Part shown: piece by piece, positions 1-9,451 of the stretch
How positions within the stretch are numbered: the stretch's first letter is position 1
Layout: the number at the start of each line of letters is the position of its first letter
Notes under the pieces: model-generated
What the model saw: the letters and a program-made list of their open reading frames with translations, nothing else
What the model was told of the DNA's origin: nothing
The model's database searches: none
From: an uncultured Actinomycetota bacterium
Lineage (GTDB): Bacteria; Actinomycetota; Actinomycetes; JAFAQI01
Reading direction: 5' to 3'
Length of the DNA stretch: 64,000 bases
NCBI GenBank assembly: GCA_963770565.1
Contig: CAVYQE010000011.1
Location: forward strand, 384,001 to 448,000
Program-made: the position numbers and the translations under genes

Positions 1-530
1 CCCGCCGCTCGGTCATGCAAGCCGCGGCGCCGGTCGTCCCGTAGCGCCGGTAGGTAGGCGAGCAGTCCGGTCGCCGGGAACGGGATCAGTCCCGGAACCT
101 GCGGGACGACCCACCGCCGCCACGAGCGGGCCCAGCCCGGTGGCTCCAGTTGGCGCTGCTCCGGATGGTCGATGACGACCCGCAGACCCAGCAGGACCTT
201 GCCGACGCCGGCTCCCCATTTGGCCGTCGTGACCACCCGGTAGGCGACCGTCGCGAGCGTGATGACGCTGAGAAGCGCGAGAATGCCCAGGATCGGCTTG
301 AGCGCGCTCAGCTGGGGAGACTGGGGGTTGGTCGCGGCCGCCAGGGCCCGGCCGGTCCGGCCACCCACCGACTTGAAGCTCAGCAGGTGGGCAATGACCT
401 CGAAGTCACCGGTGCCGCCCACCACGAGCACCAGGCCGGTGCCGAGCGCTACACCGATCGCGGCGTCAAGGAGCCAGGCGGCGATCCGGCGTCCGAGCGG
501 CGCGACGGCGTACCCGGGCGCAGCGGTCAT
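1..530 (-). CDS. RDD-family membrane protein (3' end runs off the window; absent from the ORF track)
   Basis: Manual translation from ATG at 530: MTAAPGYAVAPLGRRIAAWLLDAAIG...GKVLLGLRVV...RRGLHDRAA, the RR..A..D / GK..GLRV / HD signature of RDD proteins; frame open to position 1. Confidence 0.85.
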   Translation of the reverse strand, partial: MTAAPGYAVAPLGRRIAAWLLDAAIGVALGTGLVLVVGGTGDFEVIAHLLSFKSVGGRTGRALAAATNPQSPQLSALKPILGILALLSVITLATVAYRVVTTAKWGAGVGKVLLGLRVVIDHPEQRQLEPPGWARSWRRWVVPQVPGLIPFPATGLLAYLPALRDDRRRGLHDRAA

Positions 531-697
531 GCAAGCACCATCGACCTGGCGCGATCGCGAGTTGACTCCAACCTTCGCCTCCGGATGACCGGAATTGTTA
601 GCCCGACTGCGAAATCGCGAGTACCGTCGTTGTTGAGGCCACTTTCTCCAGAGCCCGGACCGACGCTCTAGCCGCACGTTGCTAGATCGGAAGCCGG

Positions 698-1513
698 ATG
701 CCCACACTCAGTCCGACCGATCGAACCGCGCTCGTTGCGATCATGGCGCACGAGATCCGGACGCCCCTGAGCATCATGGTGTTGCTCGCCGAGCAGCTCG
801 AGGCCAACGACAGTGACACCATGACCGAGCCGCAGGTCGAATCGGCGACCGTCTTGCACGCCTGCGGTCGTGACCTGCTGGCGCTGCTGGACAGCGTGCT
901 CGACCTCGCGAAGTCCGACGCCGGGACGTTGGCCGTCGACCTCGTCAGGGTCGAGATCAGCGACCTGCGCGACACGCTGTGCCGGGAGTTCGCGTATCTG
1001 GCTCGTGACCGCGGTCTCGACCTGTTGGTCGAGGTCGCGCCGGACGTGCCCGCAGAGTTCGTCACCGACCCGCTCCGGCTCCGCCAGGTCCTGACGAACC
1101 TGCTCGCTAACGCGATCAAGTTCACCGAGTACGGCGGGGTGCGGGTGTGCGTCGACGTGGCCGACACCGGACCGACGGGGTCGGGCGCGGATCGCGAGGA
1201 CGGCCGGACCCTCGCGATCTCGGTGATCGACACCGGCATCGGCATCGATCCGCAGGACCAGGAGCGGATCTTCGAGTCGTTCACTCAAGCGAACGCTGCG
1301 AGCGGCCGCCGTAGCGGTGGGGCCGGTCTCGGCCTGTCGATCAGCCGCCAGCTCGTCCAGTTGCTGGGCGGCCGGATCACCGTCAACAGTCAACCCGGCG
1401 AGGGAAGCACCTTCACCGTGCATCTGCCGCTGCCTCGATCGATGAGCGAGTCCGTCCCAGCGGGCGCCGACCGGTTGTTCTGGGCCGCGCCCGAACAGTG
1501 TGTTCCGACGTGA
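698..1513 (+). CDS. Cytoplasmic histidine kinase (HisKA + HATPase_c) with no sensor domain
   Basis: H-box AHEIRTPL, N-box NLLANAIKFT, DTGIGI, FESFTQA, GAGLGLSI; only ~15 aa precede the H-box. Confidence 0.9.
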   Translation: MPTLSPTDRTALVAIMAHEIRTPLSIMVLLAEQLEANDSDTMTEPQVESATVLHACGRDLLALLDSVLDLAKSDAGTLAVDLVRVEISDLRDTLCREFAYLARDRGLDLLVEVAPDVPAEFVTDPLRLRQVLTNLLANAIKFTEYGGVRVCVDVADTGPTGSGADREDGRTLAISVIDTGIGIDPQDQERIFESFTQANAASGRRSGGAGLGLSISRQLVQLLGGRITVNSQPGEGSTFTVHLPLPRSMSESVPAGADRLFWAAPEQCVPT

Positions 1514-2571
1514 GCCAGCCGATGTCGGTGCCGGTGCTCGTCGTGGATGACGACGCCAGCAAGCGGTTTGCGTTGAAGTCGGTGGTCGCCCCGCTCGGGT
1601 GTGCGGTCATCGAGGCGGGATCGGGGCGGGCCGCGGTCGATTGCGTGCGGGCGCAGGACTTCGCCGTGATCCTGCTCGACGTGCTGATGCCAGGAATGGA
1701 CGGCCTTGAGACCGCGGCACTGATCCGCACGCACGAGCGGGCTGGTCCGACCCCGATCATCTTCACGACCGCGCTGAGCGCCGATGAGGTCTCCCGCGCC
1801 GATCTCTTCGCGCAAGGAGCCGTCGACTTCATCCACGCCCCGATTGCCGCGCAGGAGCTGCGCGCGAAGGTCGCGGTCTTCGTCGGCTTCTACGCCAACA
1901 CCGCCGAACTGCTGGCCAAGGCCCGCGCTGCCGAGGCGTCAGCGACCCGGCTCGAACGGCTGAACCTCGAGCTCGCCGCGATCGCGCGCCGCGATGCCTT
2001 GACCGGGCTACCGAACCGGCGCGCGCTCAGCGAGGATCTCGAGGGCATCGAGGCCCGGGTCAGCCGGTACGGGCACCGCTACTGCATGGCCGTCACGGAC
2101 ATTGACCTCTTCAAGTCCTACAACGACGCCTACGGCCATCAGGCCGGCGACGAGGCGCTTCAGATCGTCGGCGCGCGCCTCGCCGAGTTGCTGCGCACCG
2201 GGGACTCGCTCTATCGGTACGGCGGCGAGGAGTTCCTGTGCATTCTCCCCGAGCAGTCCCTTGACTCGGGTGTGACCGCGCTGGAACGAATGCGCCGGGG
2301 GGTCGAGGCGCTGCGGATCGGCCATCCTGGCAACCCGGGTGGCGTACTCACCTTGAGCGGCGGGGTGGCGATCCTCCAGCCCCCGACGCGGTGCTCGGCC
2401 AGTCACGTGCTCAAGGCCGCTGACGAGGCGCTCTATCGGGCCAAGGCGCTTGGTCGCAACCGGATCGAGTTCACTGTGTGCACCGAATCGGCGATCGGGG
2501 AGGTCGCCGATCACGTCGTCGTCCCGATCCACGCGAACGGCAGCCGGGCCGGATCGGACTGCTGGAAATGA
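1510..2571 (+). CDS. Receiver-domain diguanylate cyclase (REC-GGDEF)
   Basis: VLVVDDD...LLDVLMPGMDG receiver; DALTGLPNRR, DIDLFKSYND, RTGD I-site and GGEEF; GTG at 1510 overlaps the kinase stop (GTGA). Confidence 0.9.
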   Translation: MSQPMSVPVLVVDDDASKRFALKSVVAPLGCAVIEAGSGRAAVDCVRAQDFAVILLDVLMPGMDGLETAALIRTHERAGPTPIIFTTALSADEVSRADLFAQGAVDFIHAPIAAQELRAKVAVFVGFYANTAELLAKARAAEASATRLERLNLELAAIARRDALTGLPNRRALSEDLEGIEARVSRYGHRYCMAVTDIDLFKSYNDAYGHQAGDEALQIVGARLAELLRTGDSLYRYGGEEFLCILPEQSLDSGVTALERMRRGVEALRIGHPGNPGGVLTLSGGVAILQPPTRCSASHVLKAADEALYRAKALGRNRIEFTVCTESAIGEVADHVVVPIHANGSRAGSDCWK

Positions 2572-4721
2572 TCCGCCGCAGCCGCGTCGGTCGCTCGTCC
2601 GGCGTGGAGACCAGCAACCAGGCCGGGCTGCTCGACCGGGCGCAGCGGCTGGCTCAGCTCGGCAGCTTCGAGCACGACCTCGTGACCGGCGCGCGGTTCT
2701 ACTCCGCGGAGTTCCGGCGGATCGTCGGCGCGGTGCCAGGTGAGCCGATCGCGGACGACATCCTCTTGTCGCTCACTCACCTTGCCGACCAGAAGGCGAT
2801 CCGGGCCGCCTGGACCGAGGCGACGGTTCGAGGTGGCTGCGTCGATGTCTCGGTCCGCCTGCTCCGCGACGACACGGGCTTGCGCTTCGTGCGGCTGCGG
2901 GTGGCCGCCGATGTCGGGCCCGACGGCACGATCGGCAAGGTGATCGGCACCTTGCTCGACGAGACCGACCGGGTCGACGGCGCGGAGCGCGGTCGCGAGG
3001 CCGAGGTCAGGTTCGAGCTCGGTTTCGAACGTTCCGAGATCGGTGCCGCGATCGTCGGCATCGACGGCGCGCCGAGCCGGGTCAACCCGGCATTCTGCCG
3101 GCTGCTCGGACAGTCGGCCGATCAGCTCACCGGCGTTCCCTGGCCGGCGTACGACGACGACCCGCCGCTGTGGTCGCGGGTGCTTGCCGCCGTGACCAAC
3201 GGGCACGAGAGCTACTCGGACGAGCGCCGGTTCGTCCGGCCGGACGGGTCGATGATCTGGGCGATCACGCACGTCGGCATCGCGCGGGACGCCAACGGTG
3301 CCTTCCAGTACTACTTCGTGCAGTTGCAGGACGTGACGGAGCGCAAGCGGATGGAGGACGACTTCGCGCACCACCTGCTGCACGACCCGCTGACCGGGCT
3401 CGCGAACCGCGCGTCGCTTACCGACCGGCTCGTGCAAGGGCTCGCGGCCTCGCGCAGAAGGCATTCGCAGCTCGGCATCATGTTTGTCGACATCGATCAA
3501 CTGCAGGCAGTGAACTCCTCGCTCGGCCACGGCTCCGGTGACCTGCTCGTGCGGCAGGTGGCGAGCCGGCTCGCGGTGGCGATCCGGCCCGGGGACACGC
3601 TGGCCCGGATCGGTGGCGAGGAGTTCGTCGTCGTGTGCGACCGCGTCACCGCACCATTGATCGAGGCGATCGCGCGGCGGGTGTTGGTCGCGCTCAGCGA
3701 ACCTAGCGGCGCGGATGGTCACGGGTTGAACGTGTCGGCCGGCGTCGGCATCGCGGTGGCCGATGAGACCTCGACCCCGGAGACGCTCCTGCGGGACTCG
3801 TGCGCCGCGATGTACCGGGCGAAAGCGAGTGGTCACGGCGGCGTGGTGGTGTTCGACGAGACGGTCCGCGCGGACGCACAACGGCGATCCGCCACCGCAC
3901 TGTCGTTGCGGCACGCCATCGAGCGCGGCGAACTCACGGTGCACTACCAGCCGATTGTCGACCTGGCCACGGGCAACCTGGTCAGCGCGGAGGCCTTGGC
4001 GCGCTGGACCGATCCGATCCGCGGTCCGGTCAGCCCGGCGGAGTTCATCCCGATCGCCGAGCAGACCGGGCTGATCGTGCCGATCGGTGCCTGGGTGCTG
4101 GAGCAGGCGTGCGCCCAGCTCGCCCGCTGGCAACGGACCCCGATCACGATGTCGCTGTCGGTCAATCTCTCCGTGCGCCAGATGAACGCGCCCGATGTGG
4201 TGGCACTGGTGCGGGACGCATTGATCCGTACCGGCGCCCGCCCGGAGCGGCTCTGCCTCGAGCTCACCGAGAGCGTCGTGATGAGCGATGTCGAATCCGC
4301 CCGCTGGACGCTGGAGGAGCTCAAGGCGCTCGGGGTCACCTTGTCGATCGACGACTTCGGCACCGGTTACTCGGCGCTGAGCTACCTCAAGCGCTTCCCG
4401 GTCGATGCCGTGAAGGTCGACCGATCCTTCGTCGGCGGCCTCGGCACCGACCCGCACGACTCGGCATTGGTGGCCGCGATCATTGCGATGGCCGCCGCCC
4501 TCGACCTCGAGGTCACTGCGGAAGGGGTGGAGACACCGAGCCAGCTGGCGGACCTGGTCCGGCTCGGGTGCGGACGGGCTCAGGGCTTCTACCTGGCCTC
4601 GCCGATGCCGGCCGAGGAGATGACCGAGCTGGTCGGCGAGCCGCACCGGTGGGCGTTCGACTTCCACGCGGACGCCACCCCGAAGAGCAATGTCACATTG
4701 CCCTGGGAAATTCGGGGGTGA
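2568..4721 (+). CDS. PAS-PAS-GGDEF-EAL c-di-GMP protein
   Basis: PAS/PAC motifs (RPDGSMIW...QDVTERK), HDPLTGLANR, GGEEF, AEALARW, ELTES, DDFGTGYS; ATGA overlap with the upstream stop. Confidence 0.92.
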   Translation: MIRRSRVGRSSGVETSNQAGLLDRAQRLAQLGSFEHDLVTGARFYSAEFRRIVGAVPGEPIADDILLSLTHLADQKAIRAAWTEATVRGGCVDVSVRLLRDDTGLRFVRLRVAADVGPDGTIGKVIGTLLDETDRVDGAERGREAEVRFELGFERSEIGAAIVGIDGAPSRVNPAFCRLLGQSADQLTGVPWPAYDDDPPLWSRVLAAVTNGHESYSDERRFVRPDGSMIWAITHVGIARDANGAFQYYFVQLQDVTERKRMEDDFAHHLLHDPLTGLANRASLTDRLVQGLAASRRRHSQLGIMFVDIDQLQAVNSSLGHGSGDLLVRQVASRLAVAIRPGDTLARIGGEEFVVVCDRVTAPLIEAIARRVLVALSEPSGADGHGLNVSAGVGIAVADETSTPETLLRDSCAAMYRAKASGHGGVVVFDETVRADAQRRSATALSLRHAIERGELTVHYQPIVDLATGNLVSAEALARWTDPIRGPVSPAEFIPIAEQTGLIVPIGAWVLEQACAQLARWQRTPITMSLSVNLSVRQMNAPDVVALVRDALIRTGARPERLCLELTESVVMSDVESARWTLEELKALGVTLSIDDFGTGYSALSYLKRFPVDAVKVDRSFVGGLGTDPHDSALVAAIIAMAAALDLEVTAEGVETPSQLADLVRLGCGRAQGFYLASPMPAEEMTELVGEPHRWAFDFHADATPKSNVTLPWEIRG

Positions 4722-4763
4722 TGTCACAGGGCCCCGACAAAGTCGGGGCAATGTGACATTGCT
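4686..4763. repeat. 78-bp inverted-repeat element with 18-bp arms
   Basis: AGCAATGTCACATTGCCC (4686-4703) and its exact reverse complement GGGCAATGTGACATTGCT (4746-4763); overlaps the 3' end of the EAL gene. Confidence 0.8.
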
Positions 4764-4802
4764 TGGCGCGGCCGGTACGGCGCTCACCCGCACGGGTCAG
4801 GA

Positions 4803-4828
4803 AACTGTACCGTCCGGACGGTACAGTT
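4803..4828. promoter_or_regulatory. Perfect 26-bp palindrome, probable TetR operator
   Basis: AACTGTACCGTCC|GGACGGTACAGTT ending 5 bp before the TetR ATG. Confidence 0.85.
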
Positions 4829-4833
4829 GACGG

Positions 4834-5382
4834 ATGGCCAGCGCGACCCGGGACCGAATTCTCGATGCCTCGGAGAGCATCGTGATCAGTTCCGGCGTCT
4901 CCCGGCTCACCCTCGAAGCCGCGGCTGCGGAGGCCGGGTTGAGCAAGGGCGGGGTGCTGTATCACTTCCGCACTCGCGACGCGCTGGTGTCGGCCATGGT
5001 CGAACGCTTGGTGGCCGGGTTCGATGCCGACCTTGCCGACGAGAGCGCGCGCGACGACGGCGGGGACGCCGGTCGCTACGTCCGGGCATATGTCCGGGCC
5101 ACGGTTCGGCCGGCGCAGACCGCCGAGGCCATCCGGCGTGAGCGGGCGGGCGCGGCGATCCTTGCGGCGATGGCCTGTGAGCCGGAGTTGCTCGAGCCGC
5201 TGCGCCGTTCATTCGACCGGTGGCAGGCCCGGCTCGTTGCCGACGGCGTCGACCCGGTCCGGGCCACCGTCGCGCGACTGGTCGTCGACGGGATCTGGAT
5301 GGCCGAGCTGTTCGGCTTCTCGCCCCTGGAGGAGCCACTGCGCAGCCGGGTGGCCGCCTTCGTCGAGGACCTGAGTCGATGA
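4834..5382 (+). CDS. TetR/AcrR-family regulator
   Basis: TRDRILDA...LTLEAAAAEAGLSKGGVLYHF HTH. Confidence 0.93.
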   Translation: MASATRDRILDASESIVISSGVSRLTLEAAAAEAGLSKGGVLYHFRTRDALVSAMVERLVAGFDADLADESARDDGGDAGRYVRAYVRATVRPAQTAEAIRRERAGAAILAAMACEPELLEPLRRSFDRWQARLVADGVDPVRATVARLVVDGIWMAELFGFSPLEEPLRSRVAAFVEDLSR

Positions 5383-6560
5383 CCCGCTCCACTCGGCACT
5401 TCCTCTTCGTGCTCACCGGCACCGCATTCATCGAATGGCTCGGGGCGAGCGCGATCCTTCCGCTGCTTCCGGCCTACCTCCGTCACCACGGGACGTCGAC
5501 CGGCACGGTCGGCCTGGTGATGTCGGCGTACTTCGTGGCCGGGCTGATCGTGCAGTACCCACTCGGTCATCTCGGCGATCGGATCGGGCAGCGCCCGGTC
5601 CTGATCGGCGGGCTGTTGAGCTACGCCGTCGGCAGCCTCGGCTTCCTGCTGCATCCGGGCGCCGCCGGCTACATCGCGCTGCGCGGGGCCCAAGGCGCCG
5701 GTGCCGGCGCGGTTCAGGTCGCGTCGTTCGCGATGGTCGGTGCCGTTGTTGCGTCGGACCGGCGGGGGCGGGCTTTCTCGTGGTTGTTCGCAGGGCAGCT
5801 CGGCGGGATGGCGATCGGGCCATTGGCGGGCAGCTTCGCCGGCATCTCCGGAATGCCGATCCTCTTCGTCGCCACGGCGATCACGTCGACGGTTGCCAGC
5901 GTGTGGGCGCTCAGCAGCCTTCCTCGAGTCGGCGGTGCGACCGATGCCGCGCCGTCCCGGCTGGTGGTCAACCGGCTGCTGCTCGGCGTGGTCGTGACTG
6001 GTGTCGTCGGCGGGCTGATCACCGGGGTCTACGAGACGTGCTGGACCCTGTTGCTCGACCTGCGCGGCGCGCACGCCTGGCAGGTCGGCCTGTCCTGGAC
6101 GCTGTTCGCAGCGCCGTTCGCCGCGTTCTCGCCGCTGGCCGGCCGGATGGCCGATCGGTTCAACCGGGTGACCCTCACGATCGCCGCGCTCACGTCCTCG
6201 GTGTTCTTCGCGGCCCTGTATCCGTTCCTGCACTGGCTGCCGTTGCTGATCGGCCTCGGATCGGTCGAGTCGATCGGGGTCGCGGTCGCGTACCCGGCCG
6301 CACAGTCGCTGCTCGCGCAAAGTGTTCCGGCGTCGGCCTTGGGCCGCGCTCAAGGGCTGTCGAACGGCACGCAGACCGCGGCGATGGCGGTGTCAGCCGC
6401 CGCGAGTGGGGCGTTGTTCGGCATCGCCCCGTGGGTGCCCTTCGTCGGTGCGGCCGCGTGCGCCGCGGTCCTGATCGGGTTGCTCCCGTGGATCTGGCGA
6501 TTCGGGGCGGACCAGCCGAGCCCGGCGCCGCACGACCGGCCGATGAGTCTGATTGTCTGA
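5379..6560 (+). CDS. MFS transporter (drug/H+ antiporter-like)
   Basis: Multiple hydrophobic helices, GHLGDRIGQR motif A, GRMADRFNR; ATGA coupling to tetR (start moved from 5220 to 5379). Confidence 0.9.
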   Translation: MTRSTRHFLFVLTGTAFIEWLGASAILPLLPAYLRHHGTSTGTVGLVMSAYFVAGLIVQYPLGHLGDRIGQRPVLIGGLLSYAVGSLGFLLHPGAAGYIALRGAQGAGAGAVQVASFAMVGAVVASDRRGRAFSWLFAGQLGGMAIGPLAGSFAGISGMPILFVATAITSTVASVWALSSLPRVGGATDAAPSRLVVNRLLLGVVVTGVVGGLITGVYETCWTLLLDLRGAHAWQVGLSWTLFAAPFAAFSPLAGRMADRFNRVTLTIAALTSSVFFAALYPFLHWLPLLIGLGSVESIGVAVAYPAAQSLLAQSVPASALGRAQGLSNGTQTAAMAVSAAASGALFGIAPWVPFVGAAACAAVLIGLLPWIWRFGADQPSPAPHDRPMSLIV

Positions 6561-6645
6561 TTGCAGATTTGTGCTACGGTCCGCGCTCGTGATCGAGCCG
6601 GCCGCTCTCTGCGGCGCGGCCGCTGAGCAGGAAGGCGTCTGAGCC

Positions 6646-8019
6646 ATGGCTGTACCACCGCCCTCGTCCGGCATCGATGCCGGCCGGGTGGAGGAACTGC
6701 TCGGTCGCGAGCGCGAGCGCTTCATCGCGACCCATCCGCGCTCGATCGACTACCGGCAGCAGGCAGAGCGCTCGCTGCTTTACGGCGTACCGATGAATTG
6801 GATGACCCGCTGGTCGAGCCCCAGCCCGATCGTCGTCGCGGGTGCACACGGGGCCGAGCTCGAGGACATCGACGGCAACACCTATGTCGACCTGTGCCTG
6901 GGCGACACCGGCGCGATGGCTGGTCATGGCCCGAAGCCGGTCGTCGATGCACTCACGGCCCAGATGAGCCGCGGCGCCACATTCATGCTGCCGACCGAGG
7001 ACGCGATCTGGGTCGGCGACGAGATGAGCCGTCGGTTCGGTCTGCCGTACTGGCAGTTCTGCCTGACTGCATCCGATGCGAACCGGTTCGTCCTCCGGCT
7101 GACCCGTCAGATCACCGGCCGGTCGATCATCGTCGTGCACAACTGGTGCTACCACGGCTCGGTCGACGAGACGCTGGCGTCGCTGTCGGACACCGGTACC
7201 GTCGTGCCGCGCGAGGGCAGCGTCGGGCCGTCCCTCGATGTCACAAAGTCGACCCGGGTGGTCGAGATCAACGATCTGGCCGGCCTGGAGAAGGCCCTGG
7301 CCGACGAAGCGGTCGCGTGCGTGCTGGTCGAGCCGGCGCTGACCAACATCGGCATCGTGTTGCCCGATCCCGATTACCACCGCGAGCTGCGCCGAATCAC
7401 CCTCGAGACCGGCACCTTGCTCGTCATCGACGAGACCCACACGATCTGCGCCGGCCCCGGCGGCTACACCGCGCGTGAAGGGCTCGAGCCGGACTTCCTG
7501 ACGATCGGCAAGACGATCGGCGGCGGGGTGCCGGTCGCGGCGTACGGCATGAGTGAAGGCGTGGCCGCGTCGATCGTCGAGCGGACGTTCTGGCAGGAAG
7601 CCGACGTCGGCGGCATCGGCGGAACGCTCGCGGGCAACGCGCTGTCGCTCGCGGCCGCTCGCGCGACGCTGTCCGACGTCCTGACCGCCGCCGCGTTCGA
7701 GCAGATGGAGTCACTCGCGATCCGGCTCTGCGACGGGATCGACTCGGTGATCACGGCCAACCGCGCGCCATGGCACGTGACCCGGCTCGGCTGCCGGGCG
7801 GAGTACCTGTTCAGCCCGGCGATGCCGCGAAACGGCGCCGAGGCCGCCGCTGCCGGCGACGCCGACCTCGACGGTCTGATCCACCTCGCGATGCTCAACC
7901 GGGGGGTCGTGCTCACGCCGTTCCACAACATGGCGCTGATGTCGCCGGCGACGACGGCGGCCCAGATCGATGCGCATACCTCGGCGTTCGAGGAGATCGT
8001 CGCCGACCTGCTGGCCTGA
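6646..8019 (+). CDS. Class III PLP aminotransferase, GSA-aminomutase-like subgroup
   Basis: DIDGNTYVD, YHG, VEPALTN, IDETHT, GKTIGGG (PLP Lys), GTLAGN. Confidence 0.88.
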   Translation: MAVPPPSSGIDAGRVEELLGRERERFIATHPRSIDYRQQAERSLLYGVPMNWMTRWSSPSPIVVAGAHGAELEDIDGNTYVDLCLGDTGAMAGHGPKPVVDALTAQMSRGATFMLPTEDAIWVGDEMSRRFGLPYWQFCLTASDANRFVLRLTRQITGRSIIVVHNWCYHGSVDETLASLSDTGTVVPREGSVGPSLDVTKSTRVVEINDLAGLEKALADEAVACVLVEPALTNIGIVLPDPDYHRELRRITLETGTLLVIDETHTICAGPGGYTAREGLEPDFLTIGKTIGGGVPVAAYGMSEGVAASIVERTFWQEADVGGIGGTLAGNALSLAAARATLSDVLTAAAFEQMESLAIRLCDGIDSVITANRAPWHVTRLGCRAEYLFSPAMPRNGAEAAAAGDADLDGLIHLAMLNRGVVLTPFHNMALMSPATTAAQIDAHTSAFEEIVADLLA

Positions 8020-8077
8020 CTCCGGCCGGGGCCGCGCCGACCCCGGCGGGAGTCGTTGACAACCTCAACGCAGGTTG

Positions 8078-8106
8078 TTGACAATCCTTCCAGACGACAA
8101 TACCTT
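8078..8106 (+). promoter_or_regulatory. Housekeeping-sigma promoter of the eno...ABC operon, overlapped by TTGTTGACAA-type operator-like sites
   Basis: TTGACA (8078-8083) - 17 bp - TACCTT (8101-8106); near-palindromes TCGTTGACAA (8053-8062) and TTGTTGACAA (8075-8084). Confidence 0.7.
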
Positions 8107-8152
8107 GGCCGATCGGGAGCCTCGTTGACGAGGACCGACGCGAGGAGGCTGG

Positions 8153-9451
8153 GTGCCGCACGCCGGCGAACGGGAGATTCGGGCGGTTCACGCCCGAGAG
8201 GTGCTTGACTGCCGTGGTTTGCCCACGGTGCAGGTCGATGTCGTGCTCGGGGACGGGTCGCTCGGCCGCGCCGACGTACCGTCGGGCCGATCGACCGGGG
8301 CCTACGAGGCCCGCGAGCTGCGGGACGGCGGCTCGCGCTATGGCGGGTACGGCGTCCGCCAGGCGGTCGCCAACGTCGTCGACGTGCTCGGGCCGGGGGT
8401 GCTCGGCTGGCCGGCGGATGCCCAGCGCGCTCTCGACGGTCGCCTGATCGAGCTGGACGGCACACCGGACAAGTCGGCGCTGGGCGCCAACGCGCTGCTC
8501 GGGGTCTCACTGGCCGCGGCCCGCGCCGCGGCGACATCGGCCGGGCTGCCGCTGTATCGCTACCTGTCCTCCGACGGTCACCTGCTCCCGGTGCCGTTGG
8601 TGAACCTGATCAATGGCGGACGGCACGCGGCCGGACAGCTGCAGTTCCAGGAATTCATCGTCATCCCGACCGGCGCTCCGACGTTCAGTCAAGCGCTGGC
8701 CGAGAGTTCCGAGGTCAACCTTGCCCTCGGCGAGGTGCTCGAAGCGAAGTACGGCCGCAGTGCGCTCGCTCTCGGCGACGAAGGTGGTTACGTGCCGCCG
8801 GTGTCGGACCCGCGCGAGGCCCTCGAGTTGCTGCACGTCGGTGTCGAGAAGGCCGGCTACACCGGCCGGTTCCAGTACGGGCTCGATTGTGCGGCGACGC
8901 ATTTCTACGACGACGAGGACGGCACCTACCGGTTGGCCGGCACGCCGATGTCGGCCGAGGAGCTGCTCGGGCTCTACCTCGAGCTGATCCGCGACTTCGG
9001 GATCACCACGATCGAGGATCCGTTCGCCGAGGACGACTTCACCAGCTTTGCCGCGTTGACCAAGGAGTCGGGCATCCAGATCGTCGGCGACGACCTGTTC
9101 GTCACCAACACCGCGCGACTGCTTCGCGGGATCGAGGTCGGTGCCGCGAACGCGTTGCTGTGGAAGGTCAACCAGATCGGCACGTTGTCCGAAGCACTCG
9201 ACGCCGCCGCGGTGGCGACCAGTCATGGGTACGGCGTTTGCGTCTCGGAGCGGTCCGGAGAGACCGAGGACCCGATCATCGCCGACCTGGTGGTCGCCCT
9301 CAACGCCGGCCAGATCAAGACCGGCGCACCGGTGCGTGGCGAACGGACGTCGAAATACAACCGGTTGCTGCAGATCGAAGAAGAGCTCGGTACGGCCGCG
9401 CGCTACCCGGGCGCCCAGTTCCCCGCGATCAGCGTGAGCCGCGGCTCGTGA
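8153..9451 (+). CDS. eno: Enolase (phosphopyruvate hydratase) paralog with variant motifs
   Basis: AREVLDCRG.PTV, PSGRSTG, NGGRHA, QEF, GDEGG, IEDP, GDDLFVTN, KVNQIG, SERSGETED, QIKTG, KYNRLLQIEEELG. Confidence 0.92.
   Translation: MPHAGEREIRAVHAREVLDCRGLPTVQVDVVLGDGSLGRADVPSGRSTGAYEARELRDGGSRYGGYGVRQAVANVVDVLGPGVLGWPADAQRALDGRLIELDGTPDKSALGANALLGVSLAAARAAATSAGLPLYRYLSSDGHLLPVPLVNLINGGRHAAGQLQFQEFIVIPTGAPTFSQALAESSEVNLALGEVLEAKYGRSALALGDEGGYVPPVSDPREALELLHVGVEKAGYTGRFQYGLDCAATHFYDDEDGTYRLAGTPMSAEELLGLYLELIRDFGITTIEDPFAEDDFTSFAALTKESGIQIVGDDLFVTNTARLLRGIEVGAANALLWKVNQIGTLSEALDAAAVATSHGYGVCVSERSGETEDPIIADLVVALNAGQIKTGAPVRGERTSKYNRLLQIEEELGTAARYPGAQFPAISVSRGS

Noticed and set aside
150-671. Plus-strand ORFs 150-671 and 259-588
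   Set aside because: They overlap a minus-strand RDD gene with clear motifs, which the track missed because it runs off the window.
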